A stretch of DNA of 64,000 bases, taken from NCBI GenBank assembly GCA_964016885.1, contig OZ024741.1:290470001-290534000 (forward strand), in the 5' to 3' direction. The notes under the pieces are model-generated. The model was not told the origin of the DNA, made no database searches, and worked only from the letters and a program-made list of their open reading frames with translations. Positions 38,701 to 51,803 of the stretch are shown piece after piece. The first letter of the stretch is position 1, and each line of letters starts with the position of its first letter. The stretch is from Eledone cirrhosa (lineage: Eukaryota). A program made the position numbers and the translations under genes.

Positions 38701-39551
38701 CTGGTCTCTTGGATACAGCAAACATCAACCTCCTTACGTTCAAGCATTTCTACAACCTCGTTAGAGCGGCCTTTTAAGGTGCCTACATTCATGGTACCAA
38801 CTCTGAAGTTTTGGATTGCGTTTGGTGGGTGGGGCGCGGGGAGGGGTGAGGGGGATGGGGTTGGGGTTATGTTGGCCATCCGCGGCCGAAACAAAGAGGA
38901 GGAGTCCTTGCCCTTTCGTCCGGCAGCATGAGGTGAATTTGTCGTTATCTTTGGCATTGTCTCCGAGTGTCCAGATTCTTCAGACTCTGCAGAAATTCCT
39001 TAGTCCATCCATCATATCGAAAAACAACCAGGAGAAGTGATAGCATAGGCCGCTGACTTATGATTGGTCCAAATTATAGTGGTGGAGAGTGGGGGCGGGC
39101 GGGAGGGGTATGGGGTAGTTACCGAGGAGAAGGTTTTAAATAAAGCAATAAACAAGTAACAAGCGATATACTGGGATTTTAAAATACACAAGATTATTTA
39201 GAACAGCCAGACAGAATTATAGAATAGCATTGAGAAGGTAGGATTGGATTCTGGGCGATTATACAGATATATGGATGGATGAACCGAAGGGTGGGGAGAC
39301 AAGAAGAAAATGATATTTTTACATTACATTTTGTAGAAGTGGACTGACTATTAATAAGAGTTGACAAATTCTGAGATTCGTACCTCGTAACAGGTTTATT
39401 TATATTTGGTGCGAGTAGGGAGTGATCGAGAGATAGAGAGAGACCAACAGGCACGTATCTGATAGAGCGAGGGGGGGGGGGGTAAAGTTTCATAGAACCA
39501 AAACTGTTTTGGGATGGTACTAAAAAGGTTATATTAAATCTCAACAAAATA
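35775..39551 (-). mobile_element. Near full-length but broken RTE-clade LINE in a SIL1 intron
   Basis: APE domain (VGTMNVGTL, CIQETRW, IAGDLNGHVG, QVDYIF), RT (EKAFDRVPR, LLYADDL), RRLRWYGHV, and a (GAT)n tail at 35776-35791. Possible TSD TTGAAATGT at 35763 and 39552. Frameshifts and deletions present. Confidence 0.93.
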
Positions 39552-40253
39552 TTGAAATGTTACCTCAGAAATTTTTAAATACATATTGAGTATGGAATTT
39601 GATTATGGGATAGGTGGATGAATTAATGATTTGATCATAGGATGGGTGGATGATGAATTTGGATTGGCTGAATGGAAACATGGATGAGTGGTAGTAGCAG
39701 CATGGATTAGATCCAGGGCAGCCCTGATCAAACAGAGAAACCTTGTCCAGCTGTTACCATCTCAAGTTTCTTTTTCTTGTACATCCAGGATTATAAGATT
39801 GAAGTGGTTTGAGACATGACAAAAATGCTGTATATCAATGAAAAAATGCTGAAGAATAGATGGCTATGATTGGGTCATGTTTTGGTCTCAGCCTGAACAC
39901 TAGCTAATAATACATCAAGCAGAAAAATGGATAGTCCAAGGTACAAGACGATGAAGCTATATATTCACTTAGCTGAGAGGAATTCAGACAGAAAGAGGAA
40001 ATGATGACTGGGCAGAGACTGAAACAGAGCTACAGAATAGACAAGGTAGGTAGGAATATACAGAGGTCCTTCGGTATCAAATGGCATTGGAAACATAAAT
40101 GTATGCTAAAACCATAATGAGAGCTGAGGTATGGTTGTGTGGTTAAGAACTGATCCTAGAATTGTTGACGAAAATTCTTGGAAACAAGCTAATTGCTTCT
40201 GCATTGTTGATTTAGAATTATAGGAGGACAATCTTCAGAGAAGGGTTACTTAC

Positions 40254-40375
40254 CTCTGCATTGCTGATCCAAGAACAAAAGCTGTATCGTGTTTCAAATC
40301 CACATCTGTGCTGTTTAGTAAGTTTACTAGAATGGAAATGCCACCAAATTCAGCAAACAGCTGTGCATTGTCAAT
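40254..40375 (-). CDS. SIL1: SIL1 coding exon 6
   Basis: TAG acceptor and GTAAGT donor, 122 nt, phase 0-2. Encodes IDNAQLFAEFGGISILVNLLNSTDVDLKHDTAFVLGSAMQS (ARM repeat). Confidence 0.95.
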
Positions 40376-41419
40376 CTATGGAGAAAACAGACAACGTCAA
40401 TATTATCATCTGGAACCTGATAATGGAATCTTTATATGGTTATTGACTTGCTAGAAATAGTTATCAACTCTCATTCAAATCACATCCTAACAGTCTTAAA
40501 ACAAAAAAGATGCATTATAGAATCTAGGCCTGAATAGAAATGGGTTCAGAAACAACAAACAAAGGAAGGAGAAGATTGGTAGACCATGCTAGCGTGGAAG
40601 ATGGACGTTAAACGAAGATGCTGATGATGATAGGACAAAATGCTTTACATTATTACGTACAAATTTCTATGTTCAGAGTTCAAATCAACTTTGCCTTTCA
40701 TCCTTTTGGGATCGATAAAATAAAGTACCAGGTCAATATAATTATCTTTCTCCTCCACACAAATTGCTATTACATCTAAATTTGAAATCATTATGTCTGT
40801 TTAATCAGGGCTGACTTGAGAATAAACAACAGTATCCTGTTCTTCATTGTGGAAAACCATGTTTTTATATAACCCTTGGTTTGCTCTCATACAGCAAATA
40901 GGACTATTGCATGTAGGCATGATCCATCCACATATTGTTGTGTCATATATATCAAACCACTGCCTAATTAAGAATCATACTGTACATGATATACCATGGT
41001 TCATATGAATTGTAGTGATACTGTCAAGATTAATTATATAAATAGTTTGTTATGAAGGATAATACAGTGCCTATGGTCTTCATAAAGTGAGATGGATGCC
41101 ATTGAGATTCTGATTTAACTGTTGTAAGTTGACAGATGCAGGAAAAACAAGTGCAAGGAAAAAATTCCAGAGGGTTGTCATTTTGTAAAAATAAACAAAG
41201 CATACTGTTTAGTGCAGGGTGTGGAGGTAAAGTATTGTGGACACAAGAGTGACGAGAGCAAGAGAAACGACGAGTCGAGAATGCTTGAATGGTAGTGGCA
41301 TTCATGATTTGTTTATCTACTTTTATCTTGATTTATAAAATGCCTTTGTTTGAAAGGAAATACGGTTGCTTTCTGTAACAGGTTAAGCAAACATGAAACG
41401 GCAAGGATTCGCTGCTAAC

Positions 41420-41610
41420 TCGATGATGATGATGATTATGACAATAATAATGATAATGATGATGATGACAATGCTTATTATTATGACGAGGATGGCGATT
41501 ATTATGATGATGATGATGATTTTCATGACAATAGTGATGATTATTATGATGACGATAATGATGATTATTATTATGACGATGACGATGATTATGACAAGAA
41601 CCATAATGAT
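41420..41610. repeat. (GAT/GAC/TAT)n degenerate microsatellite
   Basis: Directly visible, adjacent to the SIL1 exon donor. Confidence 0.9.
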
Positions 41611-41616
41611 ACTCAC

Positions 41617-41760
41617 CTGATGTAAAAAGAATTCCAGTTCAGCAAGAATGCTTTGAAGATCTTCCTTCTGCAGTACTGTGTAATCTTTCAACTGATTAAA
41701 TAACATTGTGACAATTTCTCCATCAGATTTTATAGAGCTCCTCAGCATCTCATAATCTCT
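41617..41760 (-). CDS. SIL1: SIL1 coding exon 5
   Basis: T-rich tract with AAG acceptor, GTGAGT donor, 144 nt, phase 0-0. Encodes RDYEMLRSSIKSDGEIV...LAELEFFLHQ (SIL1 'LEYYVHQ'). Confidence 0.9.
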
Positions 41761-43072
41761 CTTGAAATCAGAAATAAATAAAATGAATACATATATATAT
41801 ATACATTGCTGTCGTGATAGATGTAGTGATGGAGGTTATGGTGTTAGTAATGGCGATGGAGTGGTGGTGGCAATAGTATATGTTGCACTTACATAGAATA
41901 CACTCCCCTTTCTACCAGTACCACTCACCTCAACATCAGAATCAAGGATTTTCAGTTAATCTAACTCAAAGTATGAATCATTGATTTATGTGTTTCAATT
42001 AATTTTGGAAATAATCAAAGACTTTTTTTGGAGCTTAATTATTACGAGGATCAGCGGAAAATTCATCAACTATGAAATCTAGCATGCATTAATTGCAACA
42101 CTTAATAACTGCATTGCTTTTTCCTGGGACTATATTGAAAAATAAACCTTATTTGGTCATTCCATGAGAGTATCTTGGTCAACTGACCATTGTATATATA
42201 ACTGGGGTTTGTGAGTGTTGGAATGGCAGAATCAGTGTGTCAGATGAAATGCATTGCAGAATATCACAATGACCTTCTATATTCTGGTTTCAAATCCCTC
42301 AGAGGTCAACTTTGCTTTCCATCCTTCTGGGCTGAATAAATGAAGCCCCAGTCAAGTACAGGCATTGATATAACCAACTTTTCCCTTCTCTTCAAAATGA
42401 TAAATTTTAATTTAGATATAAACATTTTTATAGCCTTTCCAAAGGAGAAAAGGCAGTTCTCATAATCTTTAGCAGAGCTTTTGTTATTAACCCTTTAGAA
42501 TGTAGAGAAAGACTAAAACCTTGTACTGATTATATCTCACTTGCTAATTTTTGTACTGATTATTTCTCACTTGCTAATTTTGAAAAGAAATGCCACGTGC
42601 AATAATCTGTTTCCTGTTAAAGTAAATACGTCACAATACGTATTCATAGCAACGCTAAGACAATGAAATCACATTTTAAATACCGGGTATGTATTTCTAT
42701 GGATTTTAATGACGGATGGTTCGGTCAGATAGAAAAAAACGTAAACACTACAAAGTTTTAGTAAAAAATTTAGAATCAAGAAATATATGTATAAGAAGGT
42801 AGATATATGAAATTATTATGTTAAATAATAAACAATATTAACAAAGTTATTTTTATAAATACCCATCGTTGATTAAGTCTATGAAAAATCATTGGTCAGT
42901 CTGATGTCGATCGGATAGGTCGCACCCCAAAAATGTATACTTATTTATTGTTAAAAAAGTGCGACTTATACGCGAGTATAGGCAGGATTTGAACTCAGAA
43001 CATAAAGATCAGAAACAAATACTGCTAAGTTCCAATGATTAGGTGTTAAGTAGTCAAATATTTTGAGCTTAC

Positions 43073-43203
43073 TTTGCGACGGCTAACTTTCTGCTTTTGC
43101 TCCTCTGTCTGTTCCTGATCCATGTACCTGTGTTGTTTGAACTGTTTCAAGGCTTGTTTTAGGTCATCTGGTGTTAGGTCCTTTTTGTTTTTGTACCTCA
43201 TAC
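43073..43203 (-). CDS. SIL1: SIL1 coding exon 4
   Basis: TAG acceptor and GTAAG donor, 131 nt, phase 1-0. Encodes GMRYKNKKDLTPDDLKQALKQFK..., similar to the SIL1 'DLKSALAKFK' segment. Confidence 0.9.
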
Positions 43204-44094
43204 CTAGAACACAATAGAAAAAGGAAAGTTAGTTCCTGTTGGTGATGTCCCATGTTTGTCAAATTCATTTATTGATTAAGACAAAGATCAGACATGCAAG
43301 ATATTGGTGTCTATTTTAACAAAAAAAAGTTTCCACTCTGTGAAAGGCAGACTGTATGAAATGCTAGTATTAGGAATTTGATTTTGCATGAGGTAATGAG
43401 ACATGAACACTGACAAGCTAATGCGAGAGCCTTTACATATTCACCTGACCTGCTAAACATAGCAACTGAATCTCCCTCAAATCAAAATGTACCATCTTGG
43501 AAACAAGAACACAGTTAATGATATCCTTGCTATGAAAATGACGAGATGGTCATAACAGGATCATCGTTGATTTTGGATCTACTTGATCGAGGCCTCCCTA
43601 GAGCTAAGTAACAAAAGTCACTAACATTCTATTAAGGAATTAATTAAAAACTAAATCATCCTTAAAATGGCAAAGCAGCCGTCATTAAAGTATTTGATAA
43701 AGTGCCGTTTGGTATCTGTTCCAGTTCTCTGCACTTTGACCACTAAATTTAACTTTGTTGGCTTTTGAAATCAACACTTCGGGCTCGATAAGAAGAGTTC
43801 TAGTTAAGTACTGGGGGTGTTTCTTCTATCTGAATCGGTTATATTGCACCATGAGAGGAGTGATGAGCGACTACTCAATTATTCTCTTTTTCCAGAATAG
43901 GAGATTAGTTGAGCAAATGTTTAACAATCTCTTTTCACAGAAAATCTGACATGCTATTAAAACTGTCTAAATATCCTTATGTGCCACACGGCACATAAGG
44001 ATATACTAAGACAGTACAACGGACGTCTTAAGCCTTTTGACAATAACCTGCTCAAAATTCCAGCAAAATTCTATTATGAAAAATTTCTATATAA

Positions 44095-44285
44095 CCCTTT
44101 AGCATTTAAACTAGCCATATCTGGCCAGAATTCTCTCACAGCTTTCTGTTCAAACCGGTTGTAACTGACTGCTTATACTGATGTTAAGGTATTGTTCTTA
44201 AAATAAATATAAAAATCTCAGATTCGATATTATGTGAGATAAAGCCTTTACCATGTAAATATAGAGTAATGTAACGGCTAAAGGG
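44095..44285. mobile_element. piggyBac-type MITE
   Basis: CCCTTTAGC ... GCTAAAGGG-TTAA, inverted relative to the copy at 33288. Confidence 0.75.
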
Positions 44286-44964
44286 TTAAATCAAAAATAA
44301 TTTTATAGAAGAATATTTTTGTTAAGATAGGTACTAAATGACAGCTTATTAATATAATTTTTTTTATTTTCCTAAATTCCTTCAAATTGTTATTTATAAA
44401 ATTAATTGAAAAACACTGGTGGTGTATTTCATTATAAATATGGTAAAGATATGGTTACAGCCATTTTCTTCTGCTAAAGCAGTGGTTGGAATTGCAAGCG
44501 TCATGACAGGCTTCTGCATCCCACCTCACCAAACTCCTACTTTCATTTCCCCCTCCATTCTCTTTAACCATTATTTCTTCCCCTTCCTCAACTTTCTCCC
44601 ACATGGATTTCCATCACTGCTCTCACCCAAACATTTTCATCTTTTCTTAACATATGACCCAGCCAGCTTATTTCATTTCGCACCCTGTAAGGTGATACAT
44701 CTGTTGCCACAAAAAAAAAGTTCCCAGTACACACTGTAAGGTGGCTGGCATCCAGATGTAAAATACCAGGCCAAAAATGGAGTGTATGAGCAAGAGTTAG
44801 TCCCCTGACCTGTCTGGCCTAATAATGTGACATATCTAACCCATGCAAGCATGAAAAATAAATGTTAAACAGTGATGATGATGATGATGGCAAATCATTA
44901 CTAACTTTGTTCCTCTGATGAACATGGAATAGAAATAATAAATTTTTAAAAAATGTCTTCTTAC

Positions 44965-45087
44965 CTTCCCTGTTTTCAGATTTCCAATATTCTAAGTCTT
45001 CTGATGACTGACCTGGCATTAACTTAGCCTGCCTTTGACCAGTCTGTAAGTCCAGACGTATCTGCAGACCTGGAGGAACAGCCTGAC
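44965..45087 (-). CDS. SIL1: SIL1 coding exon 3
   Basis: TAG acceptor and GTAAG donor, 123 nt. Encodes GQAVPPGLQIRLDLQTGQRQAKL, the hallmark SIL1 motif. Confidence 0.95.
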
Positions 45088-45913
45088 CTAGAGATAATAC
45101 AGAAATATATAATTCAAATGAAAGCAATTACAGGAGCCACATCAACAATAACAACAGCTGAAATAAACCAATAAAGAGACTACATGATTATGAGATGCTA
45201 AAAATTACTTCTAATTTAGGTATAAAGTTAGTAACTTGAAAGAAGGGAAAAGTCGATTATATTAATCCCAGTACTTGACTGGTATTATATTTTATGAACA
45301 CTGAAAGATGAAAGGCAAAGCTGACCTCACCAGGATTAGAACTCAAATAAAGGGGACACAACTAAATGCTGCAAAGCATTTTGTCCAACACTAACAATCA
45401 CACAGTGGCTTAAAAAATAGGATGGACACTGAATAATGTTGCCTCATATATATACATATATATAAAGATCAAAAGAAAATGATGGGCTAGTCATGACTGG
45501 GGATCTAAATGTTTCCAGTAAACTCCATTAAAGGTACCAACAGCCTATCAGTTTCATTAACAAGGCTTGGTTGGATATGAAGCTATAATAAATGACATGT
45601 TCCTAAAGTGCCACACATTGGAATCGAACCCAGTACCACTTAATAATGAAGCAAATTTCTTAAATACACATGTATTCCTTCACTAATGTTTTCCTGAATT
45701 GCTGTGGGTAACCAGTTAGCCATAAACCTGGGGCTGAGAGGGCCTACAAAAGAACTAAAACGCCATTTGTTAACAATCAAGTTTCTACTAGTCACAACAA
45801 GAGTGTCTTTAAATGGTTATATGACCTGCTAAAATCAGCAGCCAAATCTTCAAATTACACACTGATGTCTTTAAAATGGACATCATGCATTAAAGATGAT
45901 AATCCTTGATAAA

Positions 45914-46102
45914 TAATTGTTTCTACTTTTAGCACAAGGCCAGCAATTATCCCAGTGCGTTACTGGTACTTTATTTCATCAATGCCGTAAGGATGAAAGG
46001 CAAAGTTAACCGCAGTGGGATTTGAACTCAAAACGTAAAAGGGGAGTAACTATGCTACAAAGCATGGAGTCTGACCTTCTACCAATACTGCCAATCCACC
46101 GC
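45914..46102 (-). mobile_element. SINE copy in a SIL1 intron
   Basis: Family consensus, flanked by a TGATAAATAAT direct repeat (45907 and 46103) that is a likely TSD. Confidence 0.88.
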
Positions 46103-46227
46103 TGATAAATAATGTCCGAAATAAGGATGGGATTATCTCAGTTGGAATGCCTTTAATCTTATCTGCTTGATCAGGGTTGATCTGGGATTAAATAACAACA
46201 ATATCAATGTATAATTCATCCAATTAC

Positions 46228-46314
46228 CTTCTTTCACTTCTTGCCACTCATCGGAAGGTTTAAATAAATCTAATTTTTTTTGTCCCTCAGAATTTGTTGT
46301 TACACTAACATCAT
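46228..46314 (-). CDS. SIL1: SIL1 coding exon 2
   Basis: CAG acceptor and GTAAT donor, 87 nt, phase 1-1. Encodes DVSVTTNSEGQKKLDLFKPSDEWQEVKE, the FxPxxEWQ motif of the SIL1 N-terminus. Not in the ORF track. Confidence 0.92.
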
Positions 46315-46661
46315 CTGTAAATAATAATAATAATAATAATAAATAATAATGATTTCTTTATTGGCCACAAGGGCTGACATCAAGAAAAACATTACAGACG
46401 GCACGATGTGGGTTTTGTGCGTGTAAATATTTTTATTATTTATATAAGAAAAGAAAAAAAGGACATAGAAACATATATATATATATAAATAAAAATGAAA
46501 ATTGAAACAATGAAAATTCCCCAATAGGGGGGAAACCTCCGAGGGTTACTCGTGGCGAAAACCACACAAAAGACCACTAATAATGCCTCAATTCAAAACA
46601 GTAATTAAAAATAAGGCAAAGATGAAAATTAAAAAAGAAAAAAAATTATTAACTGACTTAC

Positions 46662-46836
46662 CAACATCATCACCATCATCCTCACTATCAGAAGTCTCTA
46701 CAGCTGTTAATGCAGAAGCTGATGAGGGCTGATCTTCAGCAGACACTAGGGAACTATAGTTAAGGAATCCTAGTAGTAGAGTTAGTAGTAGCAGTAGTAG
46801 CAGACATGTGTATTTGAATGGTTTAATTGTATTCAT
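46662..46836 (-). CDS. SIL1: SIL1 coding exon 1 (signal peptide)
   Basis: ATG at 46836: MNTIKPFKYTCLLLLLLLTLLLGFLNYSSLVSA-EDQ..., a hydrophobic signal peptide followed by an acidic stretch. GTAAGT donor at 46661-46656 (phase 1). A CAG acceptor at 46876-46874 implies the exon starts at 46873 with 5'UTR. Confidence 0.88.
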
Positions 46837-46965
46837 GGCTGTATGGCCTAAGTGATGAAATACCAAACCAAACCTGAAAAGAATTAAATGGTACAATAGT
46901 AATTAGAAATAGATTAAACAGGAGCCTATCCAGTGCATGTCAGAGATCAACATCCGACAAATTAA

Positions 46966-47168
46966 CCCTTTAGTATTTACATTACTCTGTATTTACTATT
47001 ATATTTTCACAGTAAATGCTTTACCTCACACAATATCGAATCTATGAGGTTCCGATAGTATTCATTTTGAGAACAATAACTTAACATCAGTATGAGCAGC
47101 CAGTTACAGCTACTTTGAACAGAAAGAGGTTAGACTGGCTGGATATGGCCAGTTTAAATACTAAAGGG
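46966..47168. mobile_element. piggyBac-type MITE
   Basis: TTAA-CCCTTTAGTATTTA ... TAAATACTAAAGGG-TTAA with an intact TTAA TSD. Confidence 0.85.
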
Positions 47169-48619
47169 TTAAGTAGTAACATATCGTTTACAAATTTCAA
47201 CCAACTGATCCTACACATGCCAAATTTAATGCCATTTCCATTCAACCTAGCTGTGCCTGTCAATTCTGTTCATTCATGAAGATTATGAACAGGGGGAGTG
47301 GTGACATTACAGACCCTTAGTGGAATATGACACTCACATTGAATGGTTTCGACTTAGCACCATTTATCTGAAAAATAATTTTAGGGCATTTGTATAGGGA
47401 CTGCAAAGAAACAAGAAGCTGTCCATCAATCCCATACTCCTGCAGTACCTTCCACAACAAGTTTCATGGAATACAATTGTATGCCTTTTTCACAAAATAA
47501 GCATACCCATCTTGGTAGTACTCCCACGATTTCTCAAAGACCTACCACAGGGTGAATATTTGGTTGTCCACACTATGGCCAGGGTGAAAACCACACTGTT
47601 CATCAGCAAGCTTGGACTCGATAATATCCCTACATCTCTATGCCAAACACTTAGCATAGGCTTTACTGGGAAAGCTTAGCTAAGAGATTCCTCTATAATT
47701 AGAGCAATCTCTGTTATCTTCCTTATTGCCATTGTTTAGGTGCCTTTCTAGAGATCCAGGCCACTTGACACATACGAGTCAGCCGTAGCATACCCTCTTT
47801 TTTTAAAGGTTTTTAACATATCAAGCCAAATTTCATCCTCCACATTTGAATGCTTTAACTGTTCTGGTGACCTCATCCAAGAAGAGATTAGTCTTTGTTC
47901 CTAGATACAGCTCATGTACATCAGCAGAAGATCTGCAAAGTAATCTCTCCACCTCGCGAGGATGCACCTCTCTCCGGAAAAGAAGTACTCCAAACGAATT
48001 CTGATAGCTGGCCTGAAAATGAACTTCTTATTTTTACGTCAACAGATGGTCTGCTAGAATAGTTTAGTTGCAGCACATACAATAAAGGTATCCAAGGTTA
48101 AAGCAAGCGAAAACTTAGTAAATAAGATTCTAAAAAAAAAAAAAACACAACACGTATTAAAAAATTCTACAGCAAAAGATAAATAAATTCGATTTATAGT
48201 TTTTAATAGCTAACATTATGAAATATATTGTTTTACTTTGGGAAGGTCATAAAGGGTAAAGACTCCCTTCTGTCACGAATGACCATGGGATTTGCACCCA
48301 AGAAGTTCCCCCTCCGAGGCACAAGTCCGGGCAAGGTTGTTAGTGGAAGATGACCGGGAGGGTCATATTGCCAATAAAACACAAGCACTAAACGTTTTCA
48401 ACCCATTCATCGATTAGTTTAGTAACAGAGATGGTTATTTAATTATCAAATCTCACTGACAATTCTGGCCTTGTGTCACATCTTTGACAATTAAATAGCA
48501 TGCATTTTTATTGGTAGCATGACCCTCCCAAATGTTTCAACACACGATAACAAACAAGAAATTATAACATGTAAATTAGCTGATAAAGAATATACTAGAA
48601 CTATACATTTACATTCGGT

Positions 48620-48822
48620 ATTATTATATATAGAAATGGCTTCTACAGGACTAGAACGGTTTCATTCGTGAGAAATCATCAGCAAGTCGACAGTCCAAGT
48701 ACTATGGTGGTATTTATGAAACAGTTCTAGTCCTGTAGAATACATTTCTATATTAAATATTTATACTCTATGTATTGAGTACCTTACTGTGGTTACCCCC
48801 GATTGAACCCGGGATAAACTTT
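48620..48822. mobile_element. Hammerhead-bearing cassette, same family as 20083-20290
   Basis: Minus 48688-48638 has CTGATGATTTCTCACGAATGAAAC..CTGTAGAAGCC with imperfect stems. Plus 48716-48822 matches 20164-20288. Confidence 0.75.
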
Positions 48823-49091
48823 ATATATATATATTTGTCAAGGACCCTTCATCCCTACCCCAACCTTTTGTCTATCTTAGGGACATAAATATGTCTAAAT
48901 ATACGTTTTTACGTCGAATGACATTTTTATAGTAACACATTACACATTCTTTCGAAATTTGTCAAAATGTTTCTCATAACCAGGTACATAAATATAAATA
49001 TATTTTGTTTGCATTGTTAATTACAACTTCTTTATTAAAACAATTTTAAAGTTCGATATTAATAATAATTTCATTATTTTGATGGGGTATT

Positions 49092-49135
<44 letters not shown>

Positions 49136-49751
49136 TCCACTGGACAGCATTTCGTTAATGTCAGACGCTGTGACTAGGGATGGACCAGCGTACCGGTAAG
49201 GCTCGAAACTGCCCAAGTCCATCTTAACAGCAGATGACCATTGAGTTTTGTGTCCTTTCGTTTGTATTTTTTTTTTTTATAATTTTTTTCAGGTTTTCCC
49301 TTAAAATATTCTTTTTTGTTTTGTTTTATTTCCGTTCGTTGTCTTGTTCTATCTTTGTTAATAAATTAAAGTTTTTATATATATATATACATATAAAATA
49401 TATATTTCATACATACATGTATATGAAAATTCACGTTTCGTTGGGACTATACCTTATATCCGTATGTAGTTGACGGCTGAGAGAAAAAAGTACTCAATAC
49501 TGATATAGTGTTTAAATATTCATTTTATTAAGGCTAAATAGTGAGTCTTGTTACTCTCTGTGATAAACAAGCGGAACTCTAGAGAAACAAGACTCACTAT
49601 TTAGCCGTAATAAAATAAATATATATATAAGGGGCGAGGAATCCCTCGCAAAAATACGATGCTTATGAAGGATGTGGATAAAAAGAATTCTAATTGTTTG
49701 AAATGTTGTGTGAGAAAAGGAAATAAAAGTCTATAATATATAAACACTTAC

Positions 49752-50255
49752 CAGCTAAAATATTTCAAAGCAATTTACCTGATCTTGTTTACAAACTGAA
49801 GGATGTAAGCCTGAACGGTATCTCCCTTTCGCCGTGTATATGTATCAGTTACATATTCTGTCGTTTGTTTTTAAAGATTAACGGAACGAAACACACACTA
49901 GAACTCCTTGAAAATAATGATAGTTTATGTCGGCAAAAATTACTAAGAACAAAGCAGTTAATGAATTTCGTAAAATAAGATAAGTTTTCCGTGTCGCGTA
50001 TATAGTGATTGTATGTTTCGTGTAAATCCTTTTTTTCTTCCTTTCCGTCGGTGAATATATGTATGTGGGTAAATATATAAGTGCAACGTTTCGAAGTTCT
50101 GAAGTTGAATGACAAAATATTAAGGACTTTATATATACACATGCAGATATTTTAGGAAGTGAGTATTTCTTTTATTATTTTGGGATTTAAACTTGTCAGT
50201 GCCTGAGTGAAACACGTCACAGCACAGAGGCAAACCAAGATAGAACACGTGGTTT
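49752..50255 (-). promoter_or_regulatory. Putative SIL1 promoter and non-coding first exon
   Basis: Minus-strand GTAAGT donor at 49751-49746, locally CpG-richer DNA, TGACGTGT at 50219-50212 and CCACGTG at 50252-50246. The TSS cannot be determined. Confidence 0.45.
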
Positions 50256-51108
50256 AAAAATTATAAACATAAGGAAATGAGAAGAAAACGGAAATATTAC
50301 GAATTTCTAAGTTTTCTTTAAAATTTATTTCAAGAAGAAATAAAATAAAAAACTTAATTAAATTGATTTCGATTCTTTTGTTTCTGTTATTTCTTCTCTT
50401 AATATTTTATTTACCTTGTCACATTTCACTACCGCTCTTTTTATGTTATACACTGCGGAGCTATAAAACTATTTACTGCGAGTCGCCATAAAATTATTAC
50501 TCGTTTTTTTTTTTTGCCTTTTCATATTTTATTTTCAGAAAATGTCTTATTTTTTTAGAAACTTTATTTCCTATCCCTTTCTTTTAGAAAATTTCACAAC
50601 TGATATTGATATTCATTAGTTAGAATTTTTCCAATATAATATATTTTCGTAAAGTAGAATCAATCATGGTATTTCTTTTTTTTTTAATGACAAATTAATT
50701 TTATTCACAATTGTATAAATAATATTACAAATAAAAAAAGAAAAGGAAAACATACACACACAAGTAGGTAATACACATATCTTGGACCACATGCATCAAA
50801 AGGCAAGCGAAGGGGTGGACAAACCAACCGCTGCCAGAATAAAAGATAACGATAATTCGAGAGGCACTAGAAAACCTTTCTAATAATTTTTGAGGCAAGC
50901 CAGCATTCTCACAGCGTTACCTCTGGTAAAAACCCAGATATTTCACGAAACAATAAGTGTAAAATTTAACCCGTTGATGCCGTTACGGTAATTGAACGGC
51001 AGTGTGGTGATCACTAACTGAAAAAGGGGGAGGAGACGGTGACAATATACAAATGTCAACAACTCAACTCTCCAAATGGACGACCTGTCTCGTTTAGAAC
51101 GACAGTCT

Positions 51109-51803
51109 TTCTACTATAGTCACAAAGCCAGAAATTGTTTTGGGGGGTTAGTCGATTAAACCGACTCCAGTGTATTATTGGTACTTTATTTTATCGACCC
51201 CGTAAGGATGAAACGCAAACGTATCCTCGGCGGGATTTGAACTCAGAAAATAAAGGGCCATAACTCTGTGCTGCCTACGAATGATCATGAATAAAAGAAG
51301 ACATCATAGAATCATTAGATCATTAGGCAAGTGTTCAAAAGGTTAAATTTGTCGTACAACTTTCCGAGGTCGATAAATTAAAGTGCATGCCAAGTACTGA
51401 GACCAGGTTTAATTGACGTACCCCATCCCCCACACCAAAATATGCTGGCCTTGTGCTTAAATTAAAAACCAATATTTCTTTATTTTATTTTATTTATTTA
51501 TTCATTCATTTATATAAAGGAAATCATTATTATTACACAGGGTCGATAAAATAAAGTACCAGTAATACACTGGGTGATTCTGGCCTTGTGCCTAAAGTAG
51601 AAACAATTATTATTACATGGATTGGCAGTATCGGTAGAGGGTCGGATGCGATGCTTTGAAGCATAGAGTTACCTCCCTGTATGATCTGAGTTCAAATCCC
51701 GCCGAGGTTAACTTTGCCTTTCATCCTTCCGGGGTCGATAGAATAAGTACCAGTAATGCACTGGGTAATTGCTGGCCTTGTGCCAAAAGTAGAAACAATT
51801 ATT
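51109..51803. mobile_element. SINE cluster
   Basis: Copies at 51109-51273(-), 51360-51470(+), 51540-51610(+) and 51617-51803(+). Further copies at 56355-56550(+). Confidence 0.85.

Noticed and set aside
41887-41960. Extra GTAAGT donor suggesting another SIL1 exon
   Set aside because: No compatible open frame or SIL1-like residues, and the model is in frame without it.
49184-49243. GCTCGAAACT..AGTCCATC hammerhead half
   Set aside because: No CTGANGA core in a compatible position.
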